Below are positions 15,125 to 29,618 of a stretch of 64,000 bases of DNA, piece after piece. The notes beneath the pieces are model-generated. The model was given only the letters and a program-made list of their open reading frames with translations, was not told the origin of the DNA and made no database searches. Every line of letters begins with the position of its first letter. Position 1 is the stretch's first letter. Where the stretch lies: assembly GCF_009914755.1 (NCBI RefSeq), contig NC_060939.1, one strand, 5' to 3'. Both the position numbers and the translations under genes were made by a program. The DNA is from the human T2T-CHM13v2.0 reference genome, Homo sapiens.

Positions 15125-15321
15125 CTTACATGAAGACTCCACCTGCAGACCAGGGCAAGGTAATGGCCCAAGCTGGTAGGGGCTGGAGGATCTCTGTTCT
15201 ATACTTTTGTGCTTAAGTGTCTCTGAGGCAATGGGAAGTACAGACTTCACAAGCTGTGAATCATCACAACAATTAAGAATAATTCGTGCTCTTTCTCCTG
15301 TCTCATGTCTTTCCAAAGTGC
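15125..15321 (-). CDS. WDR72: WDR72 coding exon (probably exon 14), 197 nt, starts in phase 1
   Basis: ttttccag|GCACTT...TGTAAG|gtaagt. Encodes (G)[65 protein letters not shown]. Lies 33.9 kb past the previous exon and is in frame with it. Confidence 0.95.
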
Positions 15322-16622
15322 CTGGAAAACAAGATTAGAGGTAAAAATGTCAGGAAAATATTTACCCCAACAGAATAAGACAGAACAAACACTCTTTAGC
15401 AGAAGAATCACAATCCTTTAAGTTATCGTGCCTTAGTATCTTGCAACTGAAAAATAGCCTGGGAGCTTTTCCTAAATTATTCAAAACACTTGCTCATAAA
15501 GTCTGAACTTATGGATTTGAAAAGTTCATCTTCCTCTTTGCGCTTCTTCATCCACTGAAATCAACAGGAGATTCGATAGTCTTTAATAGTAAAATCTCTT
15601 ACTTATTATACAGTTGCAAGTGATCAATAACACATAACTATGGAATATTTTAGTGCTGTCCCCTAGTGTTCCAACTCACAAGCAACAGAGAACCCACAGT
15701 GCTTTGCCTGGGTTTCCAGGCTTGAAATGTTTCTATTGGTAACACATAATTTAAATGAATGGAGCAAGTAAGAACACGGATGCTTTGTGTACTGCCTCCC
15801 TCACCGAAGTGTCCCCACAGGGCTTTGCTGTTTTATTGTTGGTATTGTTGTGATTATATCCTTTGGCTTTTATTTCTTATGTTATTAGAAGGGGAAAAAA
15901 ATCCTTTGCCTCTGTCATTCTTCCAGTTTCAGAATTTAGGAGTGCTGTCAAGTTCAACTTAAAGTTAAAAAAAAAGTATAAAATAGACCAAAAGTATCAG
16001 AAACCAATTCACAAATAATTCAATGCTTTTATAAAATACAATGCCATACACTCAGTGAAATATCAATAAATACGAATTAATCATGTTCTGTCTCTTATGA
16101 GTTCATTTGTATTATTCATACTATATTAAATATATAGGTTATCTCCTACTGAATAAAGACACCAAGGAATACTAATTTAATAAACAATACCTAAATACAG
16201 ACTTCATTTCATATTCTTTTCCACCAATGAGAAAGAAGTAGATGTACTATTTATATTGTTAAGAAAATATCAACTTAATTACAATAAGAAAATAGAAATA
16301 ATAATTGTAGGCCACTATGTCTTTAGATAAAAACATTGGTAGATACATTTGAAGATTATGACTATTCTATCCTTCCTCATTTCTCTCCCACTCTTCTATA
16401 GCCTTCTTTTATTACAACTAAACTACCATTAGCTGGCACTGTGGATTCTGAATCAGTAACAGTTACTGTGCTCAAATAACAGGCAAAACTTCAGTCTCGA
16501 GTCCCTTAACAATATACTTTTATTATAACATTTCTACATTCATAAATAAACATCCTTATCATACAAGCTTATAAACATGTTGTTCTTCTAAGCTTTCCTT
16601 TTCCACCAAGATTGATCTATCT

Positions 16623-16912
16623 GGCTGGGTGTGATGGCTCATGCCTGTAATCCCAGCACTTTTGGAGCCTGAGGTGGGCAGACTGCCTGAGTCCAGTAGT
16701 TTGAAACCAGCCTGGGCAACATGGTAAAACGCCATCTCTACAAAAAAACACAAAAATTAGCCAGGCATGGTGGCAAGCACCTACAGTCCCAGCTACTAGG
16801 TAGGGCTAAGGCAGGAGGATCTCTTGAGCCCAGAAGGTCAAGGCTACAGTGAGCCAGGATCACGCCACTGCACTCCAGCCTGGGTGACAGAACGAGACCC
16901 TGTCTCAAAAAA
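16623..16912 (+). mobile_element. AluJ
   Basis: Alu dimer. Confidence 0.93.
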
Positions 16913-18167
16913 GAATAAACACAAAGTCCGTCACAATGGTATGCAACAGCTAGATATTCTGGGACTTTAATTTTTATAAATTAGGAAAAAAAAATATTGA
17001 TATATCTTCTGAAGGATACACCTCAGGGAGAAAAAAATGATTTATAGATCAACAAATGAAGCTGACAGCAACATCAAGAAAACCCTTCCTCTCAAGACTG
17101 ACAATAGGAAAAGCTTCACAAACCAAAGATAAGAGTTATTACTGCTTCCTGAAAACTACTGCATTCCAGAACTTGGAACCGTGTTATGTGGTAAAATTCA
17201 CTGTCTTTCTGAGAAGTCTCTCTTTGAATACGGTATCATCCTGGATATTTTCTTCTCACAGGTTCTCTGTGGCTCCTCAAACTATGATATTGTTTACATA
17301 TTTTGAGAATTATTGGGAAAGAACTTATTGCATTTTAATACATTTGTTATGTGCCTTATGCAAAATGTATACATTTTATATATGCACGTTTTATTGTATA
17401 CCTAATGTCTTACCCAAATACAACATTTCTTGTATTTTTTTAGTGATGAAAACAGTTTATCTACAAACTTAGGTAGTTGTAATCCATTTTCATTCATACA
17501 CAGATAATTAATCTGTCTGAGCATCTACTATGCTACCATGTACCATCCACCATGCCAGATGATGACAATGTATAGTATTTAAGAATGACTCAGTCCAGGT
17601 CCCTGGGAGCTTCCTTAAAACCTAATGGTAGTGCAGAGGCAAGAAACATCTGAAAACTGATAAGCTGCAATATTTAAAGTAACACCTAAGCTATTTCCAC
17701 CCAAAACTAACAATCTCTCATTCTAAAAATGTTAGACACTCGGTTTTGTGTACAAGGGTTTCTATCATGATTAGTTATAAAATAGTTTAAAAAATAATGA
17801 ATATTTTGTTTTGAAGAACTGATTAAGGCATACACATGACATAAGGAGTGGTTAGAGTCAATCAATTTCTGTAAAAGATATAGACAGACAGATAAATAAA
17901 CTACATGTTCAAAGCAGTAAGTTAATTTTGTAATAAATTCAGGATGGCAGCTTTTGAAAGACCTTGGTTAAAATTCTGACAGTGAATGGGTATTCCCACA
18001 TGTGCTAGTTATCAATTTATTACCTCTTAGATTCAAATTCACCCTTCACTGCTTGCTTTGTGAAAATGAATTTGGGCTTGATAAATATTTTCTCATTCAT
18101 CAGCTGGTGAAATGTTAACCTTTGTGGACAGAGCGTGCTGGAAACACCTAGTAGAAGAAAGGGTTAA

Positions 18168-18463
18168 GGCCAGGTATAATAGCTCATCCCATCCTAACTG
18201 TAATCTTAGCACTTTGGGAGGGCGAGACGGGTGGATCAGGTGAGTCCAGGAGTTCAAGACCAGCCTGGGCAACATTGGAGAAACTCCATCTTTACAAAAA
18301 AATACAAAAATTAGCCGGACATGGTGGCATGTGCTTGTAGTCACAGCTACGTGGGAGGATGACTTGAGCCAGAAAGTCGAGGCTGCAGTGAGCTGTGATC
18401 ATACCACTGTATTATAGCCTCAGTGACAAGGTGAGACCTCGTCTCAAAAAAAAAAAAAAAAAA
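18168..18463 (+). mobile_element. AluJ
   Basis: Alu with small indels. Flanking repeat agaagaaaggg occurs before the Alu and again after the purine repeat. Confidence 0.9.
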
Positions 18464-18586
18464 GAGGAAGGAGGAGGAGGAGGAGGAGCAGGAGGAGGAG
18501 GAGGAGAAGGAGGAGGAGGAGGAGAAGGAGAAGGAGAAGGAGGAGGGGAAAGAAGGGGAAGGGGAGGGGAAGGGGAAGAAGAAAGG
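18464..18586 (+). repeat. (GGA)n/(GGAGAA)n polypurine tract
   Basis: ~120 nt of almost pure purine following the Alu A tail. Confidence 0.95.
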
Positions 18587-20069
18587 GCTTTCTTTTCTTG
18601 GTTCTGGTGTACTTTTCTTGGAGTAGTATTAGTGTCTTCCCCAGTACAGCTGTCTGTAGTACATGACGGCGGGGCTAGCAGCACTTTGCATCCAACCACT
18701 TTCTTTGGCATACTCTTTGGGTAGTTTTGTAACAGCGCCTCCAGCAAGACATCTCCCTATGGACAGCTTTCTCTGGCACCCGCGAGGGAATATTTCTGGA
18801 AAGCTCCACCAGCACTACACCATAGCAGCTTCTTTGCCATTCAATACATATAACCATACCCTCTCTAGCAAGGTCAGGAACTTAGCCCTAGGGGGTGGAG
18901 GGGGGTCTTTCTTGGTTTCTTGGTCAAGCTATCTCAAGTTCTAGGGCTAGGAGTCATCCTTCACATCTGCTATTCCTATATTCTTTAGAGTTCTCTTCTT
19001 ACTAGTCAATCTCTCATATTCAAATTCTTTATGATAGTTAACAATTCTTTATACTAAATTTTCTGTTTAAGTTACTGCATCATTTTTTTTCCTGATTAAA
19101 CCCTGATTAATACACTATGACAAATCACTTATGATGCAGAATGTTTCCTTAAATATGTCTCCAAAGCTATGAAATTTACATAACTTCAGAGATATATTTA
19201 AACTATTAGAGAACATCTACAGCAAAAAAATAACCAAAAAGGGAGGTATGACTACAAGGAAGATTTCCAACAAGGGATGCCTTTGCAACTCTAATATACT
19301 GCCTTGGGCAAGATACAGAATAGCTACTGTTTCCAGATATTAAAGAAATATAAGAAACTGAAGGTTTACAAAATTGCTTAATTCAACTTCCAATTTCAGG
19401 AGTACTTTTGCTTTCCAAAGTAAACTTAATGATAATTAGAATTTTATTTCATTATAGTACATCAAGAATAGGAGTTAATTCATATTTATTATTCATTTGA
19501 ATCAATCTGAACATGACAAGGAAAGGTGCAGAGACATAGGTGAGTTAAGCATTACTGAAAGTTACACTACATCTCCTCCTTCAAAGTAGGTGTGCAAAAA
19601 TATTCTATAAAATCTATTGTAAGTAAAATCTTTATTGTATAAAATGCTTTCCAGTAAATATTTTGTATTTTTCTATTATTTATTTAATATGAATTTTTAT
19701 ATAATTTGTTTTAATCTTAAACTATACAATAGTGCATTAGAGACCAGAGCTAATCATAAGAAAAGATAGCTTAAAGCAATTAACATCTTGATAAGAAATG
19801 AAGGAAAGATCAGTTTCCAAAGTTGCGTAGTTTCCAAAAAGTCAGCACACAGAAATATAAGAAACAGCCAAGATAATCTCTGCAGATCCCTAGAACCATA
19901 TTGACAGGATTTTCACTTGTACACACTGCTTTCCCTGTCAGTTCAGCATAACCCACAGCATACCTAATCAACTACATGTAAAACCAGAGCTTTCTCTATG
20001 ACCCCATGCACAACCCTGCCCATGTTCTTTCTATCTGTCCAGGGGGACAACAAGGACACATCGTCACAG

Positions 20070-20290
20070 CATGGTGTTTAGGGGCAGACTCTGGCATCAG
20101 ACTGTCCTGTAGTTAAATCCTTGTTTTACCTTTGATAGCTGTGTGGCCTTGGACAAGTTACTTTACATCTCTGTGCCTCAATATCTTCATCTGTACAATG
20201 GGGATAATAATAATCCCTACATCATGGAGTTACTTGAGGATTAAATTGAGTAGATATAACAAGTGCTTAGAGGTTTCGGCACACAGTGAA
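20070..20290 (+). mobile_element. MIR
   Basis: MIR core gctgtgtggccttggacaagttactttacatctctgtgcctc...catctgtacaatggggataataat. Confidence 0.8.
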
Positions 20291-21399
20291 TGCTGTGCTA
20301 TATGACAGCCCTCTTTGTCACACGAGAGAGGTCCTCACTCAGCTGCTTGTGAGCTGATTAACAAACCTCTTTGGCCCCCAAGCACTAGAGTCTGCCTGAC
20401 ACCTAGGCCTGAGGTCACTGGGCATATGGCCAGCTTGGGCCCCCAGGGCTTCCTACCTGAGACTTGAACCTCCTCAATCAGCCTTTCCTCACAGGCTACG
20501 TTACAATCAAACTCAGAGTAGGATTATATATTTGACTTATTTTTTAATCCTCTTCAGTACACCAGAATGGGGTCTGGCATAAATTAAAGGCTAGATAATA
20601 CTTCTTAATAGATTATATGACATCAACAACCTGCTCATGATTTTTTTTTAACTGGCGCTGCACTTGGGATTAAACCTAAACTCCCTGACCAAGAAGTCAT
20701 AGTCTCACCCTCGCTCTGCTTTCTCCCATGTCAGCCTCCCCTTATTCACAAATTAGATTTTCTTTTTCTTTTGTTGAAAACAAACAAATTTTTTCCTGCT
20801 AGCTCTAGCACATCCTTCAGGTATTAGCTTAAAATCTCACCTCCTCAGAGAAGCCTTCTAAAATAGATTCCCCTATCTTGTACTGTTTTCTATCTCAGCT
20901 TCTTCACTTTATAGAACTTATCACATTTGTAATTGGTGTCCTTTATTTGCTTGCTTCCCCAACAGATACTAAACTCTTTTTGGCAAGTATGTGTTCCATG
21001 AGCTTGGTACAAAGCAGGTCTTTCTAAATATTCACCGAAGAAATTGAAGAATTTTATCCTTTCCCTGAGGCAGTGAAAAGAGGTGGCTATAAAGCATCAG
21101 AGCATATGAGGGTCTCAGTGTGACAAGATTTAATGCCAGAAATATGCACTATAAACTTAGACCCTAGAGCCCAGGAGAGGCCAACACTGCGAAAAGTGCC
21201 ATTCACAAGCCTGAGGCCTGTCCCAGCTTTCAGCAATGTTGCCAGGTCACTCCTGATGGCACAAGAACTTGTAATTGGAGACAGCGAGTCAGTTTCTGAA
21301 TGTGACGTGTTGTCTTGACCTGTGAACTAGCCATTTCTTGCTTCGTGGACTACAGAACAGAAGATGCTAGTCTAAAGATGAGATGGAAATAAGAAAATG

Positions 21400-21523
21400 C
21401 ACAGAGAGAGACAGAAATGGAGAAGGAAGAAAGGGGAAGAGAAAAGAGAAAAAAAAGGGAAGAGGGAGAGGAGAGATGGGGAGAAGGGGAAAGAGGGAGG
21501 GAGAGAGCGAGAGAGAGAGAGAG
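21400..21523 (+). repeat. GA-rich low-complexity tract
   Basis: Purine run ending in (GA)n. Confidence 0.85.
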
Positions 21524-22362
21524 CACTTACAACTTTCTAGTTTTGTTTCTAGATCCTTCCTAAGGAATAGTGCCCCTAAAGTGTCTGAAATACACACCTG
21601 AATCCTTATAATAAACACCACTTTCTGATAAAATTAACTTTACTTCTACTGCTTCCTACCTAATAGGGGCCCTAATAAGAATGGGGCAGAGATGTTTCTA
21701 TTACGGTAAAGGCCAAGTTTAAGGATGCCCAAATAGACAGCATGTGGAGTTCCAGGTAGAGATCAGAGCAGAGACACAAAGCCTTAAGCATTAGCAGCAC
21801 ATAGGTGAGGATTAAATGCCGATTAAAAAAAAAAAAAAAAAGCCACTCCAAGTGAATTTGGAGTGAGCTGTTTCAGGAGACGAGCATAAACCCCTGTTAG
21901 CAGTTTCTGCACAAGAAAGAAGGAAGATTCTGAAACTGCTGTAAATCAGTATGTTGCTAAAATACAGCCCTCTTGTAAACCCATTAGGATTGTCAAATTT
22001 ATAGGCATCTACAGTTTTTTGTTTTGTTCTTAAATAGAGCAAATAATCACTTTGTGATGTACCAGTTATGAGATCTGATCTTGCAATATCAGGCTGTCTT
22101 AAAGCATGACATGTAGTGTGAAGGATGCAGCCTTCAACTGCAGTAGAAGAGCAAGGCACAGAGTAAAGAGCACACTTCTATACATCTGCCCAAATGATGA
22201 AAAAGATCTAAACATCTACCTAAAGAAGGAGAAGAAAGAGCCATCACATTCTACACTTCAATTCCCTTCCAAACAGCCAGAAGTTGTTTCCTTGATTTTA
22301 TTTTCCTTGAAATTTGTGCATAATTTTATTATTTGCTGTCTTCTACTTAAATATTTTATTTT

Positions 22363-22668
22363 GGCTGGGAGTGGTGGCTCACTCCTGTAATCCCAGCACT
22401 TTGGGAGACTGAGGCGGGCTAATCCCTTGGGCTCAGGAGTTCAAGACCAGCTTGGACAAGGTGGCGAAACCCCATTTCTACAAAAAATAGCTGGGTATGG
22501 TGGTGTACGCCTGTAGTCCCTGCTACTCAGGAGGCTGAGGTGGGAGGATTGCTTGAGCCTGGGATGTCAAGGCTGTAGTGAGACATGATCATGCCACCGC
22601 ACTCCAGCCAGCCTGGGTGACAGAATAAGACTGTCTCAAAAAAAGAAAAGAAAAGAAAAGAAAAGAAA
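22363..22668 (+). mobile_element. AluJ with (AAAAG)n tail
   Basis: Alu dimer. Confidence 0.92.
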
Positions 22669-23203
22669 CTTGTTTTCAACTCCCATTGACATTTACTTTC
22701 CAAAATTAACAAAAGTATCCTAGCCTAATATCAATGTATGAATAGCTTTAAATTACATACTTCCTCCTACAAATTAACTCGGTCCACTAAGTCTATGAAA
22801 AAAAAGAATAGCTATTATGCTCAAAGGGAGAGAAATAATTTAAAAAGAAATCATAGTCATTTGATGAATCCATCTGCAAATGATCAAGAGGAAATTAAGA
22901 CTAAACAACATCACCCAGATGGATTAACACTTTATCATGTTGTACAGAAACATTTTCTTTATGTTAAAATTATACATAAATACATTTGAGACTAATTGAC
23001 TTACTATAACTCATGGTGTCTTTCCAAAGAAGAACAGTGTAGAAACACCATTTCTATAGAAACATAAAATTCTCCCAGACCATCCAAAGCACATATATTG
23101 TAAACCAATGAATCTCAAACAAATTTGTTTCATAGAAAAGGAAAACATTTTAAATTAAATATTCTGCTTATTATTGGATTGTGGAAAAAGCATATATATT
23201 TCA

Positions 23204-23539
<336 letters not shown>

Positions 23540-24575
23540 TCACATAATAGGATAGGAATTATTTAGCAAATAATTGTATTTAAATGAACAAAGCTTAATA
23601 GCAAGAACATGTGAGTGGACATATTATAGAATTAGGTCTTTTCCATATTGGGTAGGCATTTTCTAACTGAATCCATTATGATATTGGGCAAGTGATTAAG
23701 AGGACAATATTTCAAAGTGACTCTCTCTGAAACAGAGTAAGTTTTAAAAAATGACCTCACTACCAAATTTGATAATCAAATTCATAAAAGTCAGGTTTCA
23801 ACAAAACCACTGACTGACAGTTATAATCAAATTCCACAAATCAAAAAATTTGACCATTGGGTCTGTTATACAATTTATCATTTATTTTCAGTTACTCATG
23901 AAGTTCATTGCCTTGCTCAGAAACACATATGGAGATCGACCTAGCACCCCCTTTCTATTAAAACCATTTCACAGTTACTGCATCTTACTCCAGGAAATGT
24001 ATAACTGATGGGGGTTCCCACCACAAACAGGGGCCCTGGAGGTATCAAATTTAGCTAACTAGAAAATAATGGAAGGGTGGGGAAAGGGAATGAGTCTTAA
24101 AACATTAAATTAGGGATAAAGGTACTTACCTTCATTCCTAAATGTAGTTGATATAATAAATTCAGCTAAAAAATGGAGTGTCAAAGACCTGGCTTATTTT
24201 GTACTATATAGAGGCCCTAATATGATAACAAACTTAGATTGGCGTCACATCAATCTTCTGTACCTTAAGGGTATATAGGATACATTTTTAAAAAGTCTCT
24301 AACCACCATGACCTTAACCCCAGCTCTGCCACAGCCTCCAGCACATTCACAGCAATGCTGGGATTTATCAGCTGGGCCACATTCAACCCTCACGTCTAAT
24401 TCTGACCACAGACCTCCAGAAAAACGGAATAAAGAGGTGTGGCGGGGGACAATTGAAAGAAAAAAAAAGGATTGAAACACCTGGAGGTTTAAAGTTGCTG
24501 AGATGTGTAAAGATAGCAAAGAATGCATTAATTTTCAACACATTTTAAACTAGGGTTTTCTTGATAAGGTATCTA

Positions 24576-24874
<299 letters not shown>

Positions 24875-25720
24875 CTACTATGACTAATTTTTAATTTTTA
24901 ACCTCACTCTAAGACTAAATACAATTTACAACCAATTTAAGAGGTAGATATTCACAGCCAAGTGTTTCTTAAGTATAACGTAAAGAATACATTTAATTAA
25001 TTGTACAATTATCTATTATATACAAAACTATAAAATTATACTGCTACTGAGTATTTCAAAATTTCATTCATCACGTCGCATTATTTAAATTTATTACACC
25101 AGGCATGTTATTTTTAAATTTTAAAATATTTCAAAAGTAGATTTTGTCCCTCATGCTTTTAATTGTAGGTTAAGTTACTTATTGGGTATAATATCCTTGA
25201 AGAGATTTGAGTCTGTTCATTTATATGCTTCTGGTGTCAATTAATTTAATCAGATCAATATCTTGCTGAGTTGATCTGGAATTTTTCCTGGGAAGAGGAA
25301 GAGTATTGGGAAAGGATAAATTGGGGTATGGTCTCTTGAATAAAGTGCTGGGTGAGGGGTGAAGTCCTATGAGAGTTATTTTGGTTATTTTTTTGGAGAG
25401 GAAGGATATAGTAGAGATGAGAGTACCAAAACATTTTAACTGCCATCAGTTTTCCCTTGGGACATGATGGTGATTTGCCTTAGGCAAATAATGGGTGACT
25501 AATGCTCCAGCAGGCATGTCAGGATTTGTTTTGAAACCACCAAGGCTCAGGGTACCCTCACTATACTCCTAGGTCCCCAGTGCCACTTGTAAAATTCAAT
25601 ACCATATTACCACACCCAGTGACCTCAAAAGGCTCTCTCATCTCTTCACACTTCCTTTCTATAGACTCACTCACCAGTGAGGACCTCCAGAAAGGTAGGA
25701 CTGTCCTACCTGACCACTAA

Positions 25721-26345
25721 TGTAATAGGAAGACTTCTACTAATAATCCCCAATGACAGTCATCCTTATGTGATTCCCTCCCCTTTGAATATGATAGGAT
25801 GGCCCTCCAGTGATTATTAAAGGGCAAAAGGAACTTTGCACATGTAATTAAGGTTTCTACTCAGTTGTCCTTATAATAAGCAGATTATTCAAATAGACCA
25901 GGCCTAATTTGATGAGCGCTTTGAATGCAGAAAGTTCTCTCCAGCCACTCAAACAAGAGGAAGTCGAGATTTAAAACATTGGAAGTATTTGATGTGCCAT
26001 TGCTAGCTTGGAAGTGGCAGGAGGCCATGAATAAAGGTCAGGGAGTGGCCTTTAGGAGCTGAAAGCAACACCTGGCCACAGCCAGCAAGGCCCTCAGACC
26101 TACAAGTGAAAAGAACTAAATTCTGCCAAGGACCTGAATTAGTTTGAAAGTGAATTGGTTCCCAGAGCCTCTAGATGAGAGCCCAGTTGGCTGACATATT
26201 TATTTTGCCTCATGAGATCCTAAATAGAGAACCTGGTTGAGTTTGCCTGGACTTCTAATTTACAGAACTGTGAGACAATAAATAGGTGTTGTTTTGAGCT
26301 GCTAAGTTTGTGTTAATTTGTTATACGCAATAGGAAATTAATATA
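25721..26345 (+). mobile_element. MLT1 (E/F-like) MaLR LTR
   Basis: Typical MLT1 3' part cctggacttctaatttacagaactgtgagacaataaataggtgttgttttgagctgctaagtttgtg... Confidence 0.8.
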
Positions 26346-26439
26346 ACCAGGACTTGTGGCAGTACTTTTACTCAGAACAACATATTTAGATTTCAAATAT
26401 TTTAGTCATTCTTTACTATTTTATACGTGAAATTCTTGC

Positions 26440-26734
<295 letters not shown>

Positions 26735-26957
26735 AATTCTTGCTTCTTAAACATAATATATAACTAAATGCATAAACACATAAAAATAAGTAAGTGTGAT
26801 GGCTAGTTAGACATTTCATACTTTTTTATAACTCCTTCCCCTTTCTTACACCCTAAGTACTATAAGCCATTCAGATATTCTCTAAATAGCTGGTGATTCC
26901 ACAATCATATGCCACATCAAAAAATTCCTTTTAAAGCATTCTATTTCCAAAGGAAGC

Positions 26958-27290
26958 TGATATGATTTGGCTCTGTCCCCACTCAAATCTCAAATTTTAG
27001 CTCTCATAATTCCCATGTGTCTTGGGAGGGACCCCGTGGGAGGTAATTAAATCATGGGGTCAGGTCTTTCCTGTGCTGTTCTCATGATAGTGAGTAGTCT
27101 GGTGGTTTTATAAAGGGAAGCTCCCCTGCACACACTCTCTTTTTCCTGCTGCCATGGAGGACATGACTTTGCTCCCCTTTTTCCTTCCACCATGATTGTG
27201 AGGCCTCCCCAGACACGTGGAACTGTGAGTCAAGTAAACCTCTTTTCTTTGTAAATTACCCAGTCTCAGGTGTGAGAACAGACTAATACA
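26958..27290 (+). mobile_element. THE1 solo LTR
   Basis: tgatatgatttggctctgtcccca...agaacagactaataca with a 5-bp TSD GAAGC (26953-26957, 27291-27295). Confidence 0.92.
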
Positions 27291-28309
27291 GAAGCACATG
27301 TAAGAGATAAAATATTGTTTTCTCATCCTCTTCTTTATCATCATCATCATCATCAAAATTGCCATTATCTACCACTAATTGAGTATTTTTAAGTGCCATT
27401 TAATTCTTAAAACAATCCCGTTAACTGCAAAGAAATGGAAGATCAGGAAGAATAAGTGACAGGGTATTAGTGTTTCCTGTGGTTGGGAGGGTGATTAGGG
27501 AAAGTATTTTAACTAAAAAGACAGGCAAGGCCATAATGCTATGTGGTAGAGTTACATTTCTACCAGAGATTATGGGGACTGGCAGGTTTAGGGATAGATT
27601 TAAAGTAGGGAATGTTTGGTTGGCAATACAGAGAAGAGAACTGAAGAAAGAACTTTATTGGCAAGACAATCAGCAAATTTTTCAAAAGTTCATATAAAAG
27701 ATTAGGAACATCCCAATCCATCTGCCCTTAAAACATTTTATTTTTTAATGTTTTTGCCACCTCTGAAAATGTATAATTCTATCTTTTACTGAAGGCTTAC
27801 GAAATAAATGTAGCAATAGTTTATCTTTCAAATAACCCAACTTCATCACTAGACATTATTGATAGTATTGGGGCTAAGAAACAGGTACTGATTAGGACTT
27901 CCATGGAATGGCTACACAGGTTCCCTATATAGCCAGTAGTCTTTGGTGGGCTCTTAACTCTATAGAACCATTTCCTTTTCCTTCTTTTCCCGGAGCATTC
28001 TACCCTATCCCTTCTTACTATCATCCTTATTTCTGTAGTTTATAATCTCTGCTGCCACTTCCTCTAGGTGTTTTGTATACAGATGCATATACTTTATCTC
28101 TACTATAGAGGGAGTCTTACAGAACAGAGACTTTCCGGCATCAGCCTTTGTCCTACCCAATTCTGAATTAGAGAACAACTTGCTCTTCCTCCCTTTTTTG
28201 GTCCCCTGTCTGGTAAAGACCCCAGTATGCGTGGCTGCGTATCCTATGCCACAAGGTTCTATCCCCCACCTCTCATAATGTATAGATCATGGTCTAAAGC
28301 ATCTGTGTT

Positions 28310-28890
28310 GACTTCTGGGTATATACCAAAATTGACTGAAAACAACGATATGAATAGATATTTGTATACCCATGTTCACAGCAGCATTATTCACAAGAGC
28401 CAAAAGATGGAAGCAACCCAAGTGTCCATCAAATAATGAATGGATGAATAAAATGGTGTATACACCTAAAATGGAGTATCAGTCAGCCTTAAAAAAGGAA
28501 ATTCTGACACATGCTATAAAATGGATGAAACTTGAAGTCCTCATGCTAAGTGAAATAAGCCAGTCACAAAAGAACAAATATTGCATGATTCCACTTATAT
28601 GATATACCCAACCCAGAACAGGTAAATTCACAGAAACAGAAAGTAGAATAGCAGTTGCTAGGGAATTTGGGAAAGGACAAATGGGGCATTACTGTTCAGT
28701 GGGTATGGAGTTTCATTTAAAGAAGCTGAAAAAGTTGTGGAGATGGATGATGGTGATGGTTGCACAACAATGTGAGCATACTTAATGCCACTGAACTGTA
28801 CCCTTCAAAAAGCTTAAAATGGTAAATTCTATGTTATGTAAAGATCCCACATCTTTGTTTATATTTTACCACAATCATCATAATAAAAAA
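28310..28890 (+). mobile_element. Old L1M (L1MA/MB) 3' fragment
   Basis: ORF2 C-terminal remnant MFTAALFTRAKRWKQPKCPS followed by an L1M 3'UTR. Confidence 0.88.
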
Positions 28891-29294
28891 GCATCTGTGT
28901 TAATAAGACAGCCCAAAGAAGATACAAGGAAAAGAAAACTTTGAGAATAAACCCAAAGAACAATATACAGAAAGCATGTAGAAGTAGGGCAGTCTGAGAA
29001 AGAGGGACCATTGGCCATCAGGAGAAGGCAGTGTCATATGAGGCTGAGGATGGAGAGAGAGAGGGAGGAAAGAAGGACATTGATGGCAGAGTGATTGCAG
29101 ACAAGTACCTGTGACCCAGAGCATGGCAACTCAACTTGGCAGTGAGGTATAGGAAGAAGAGTTCCAATGGAAAAAGTGTAGCAAAAGCCAGATTAAACTG
29201 TATTAAATCAATGGGAGGCAAAGATATAGAGTGGAGATGGCATTTTGTAGGAAACCACCAGTTACTTTGGGAAGAATCTCAGAGAAAAATAATA

Positions 29295-29618
29295 GAAGCC
29301 CACAATTCCTTATCCAAAACATTTGAGACCATAGGAATTTAGAATTCATGATTTTTCAGATTTTGGAGAGATAAAATAATGCACATATGCATATTATATA
29401 ATAACTGGAGCAAGGTCTAACAGAGCAGACAGTAATCAAACATGCTATATATCTGCAGCAAAAAAAAAAAAGAAAAGGAAGAATACTTACACTTAGTGAA
29501 ATAAATAACCTTATGCAATTTAAATTTTGGTTATGTTGCTTTACTACAAACTATTAAAAACTTTTATTTTCAGAGATTTTTAGATTTATAAATTTTGGCT
29601 AAGAGAATGTAGGCCTAT
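29295..29618. mobile_element. Ancient TcMar/Tigger-like non-autonomous element
   Basis: Degenerate TIRs: cccacaattccttatccaaaa and ttttggctaagagaatgtagg. Confidence 0.5.

Larger units (their letters stand above)
18001..19114. mobile_element. ERVL-type solo LTR (LTR41-like) interrupted by an Alu
   Basis: TG...CA ends (tgtgctagttatcaatttatt ... ccctgattaataca). Resembles the LTR41 consensus as I recall it. Confidence 0.6.

Noticed and set aside
18125-18142. CTCF site of the LTR41-like element
   Set aside because: The motif is degenerate here (ggacagagcgtgct versus cagtagagggcgct as I recall it).
18395-18747. Gly/Glu-rich and Pro-rich ORFs on both strands
   Set aside because: They are translations of the Alu tail and (GGA)n repeat, with no splice or coding context.
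24265-24528. Possible cryptic WDR72 exon (87-aa minus-strand ORF with a nearby AAG|GTACAG)
   Set aside because: The flanking real exons already join in frame, the acceptor is unconvincing and the peptide resembles nothing I recognise.
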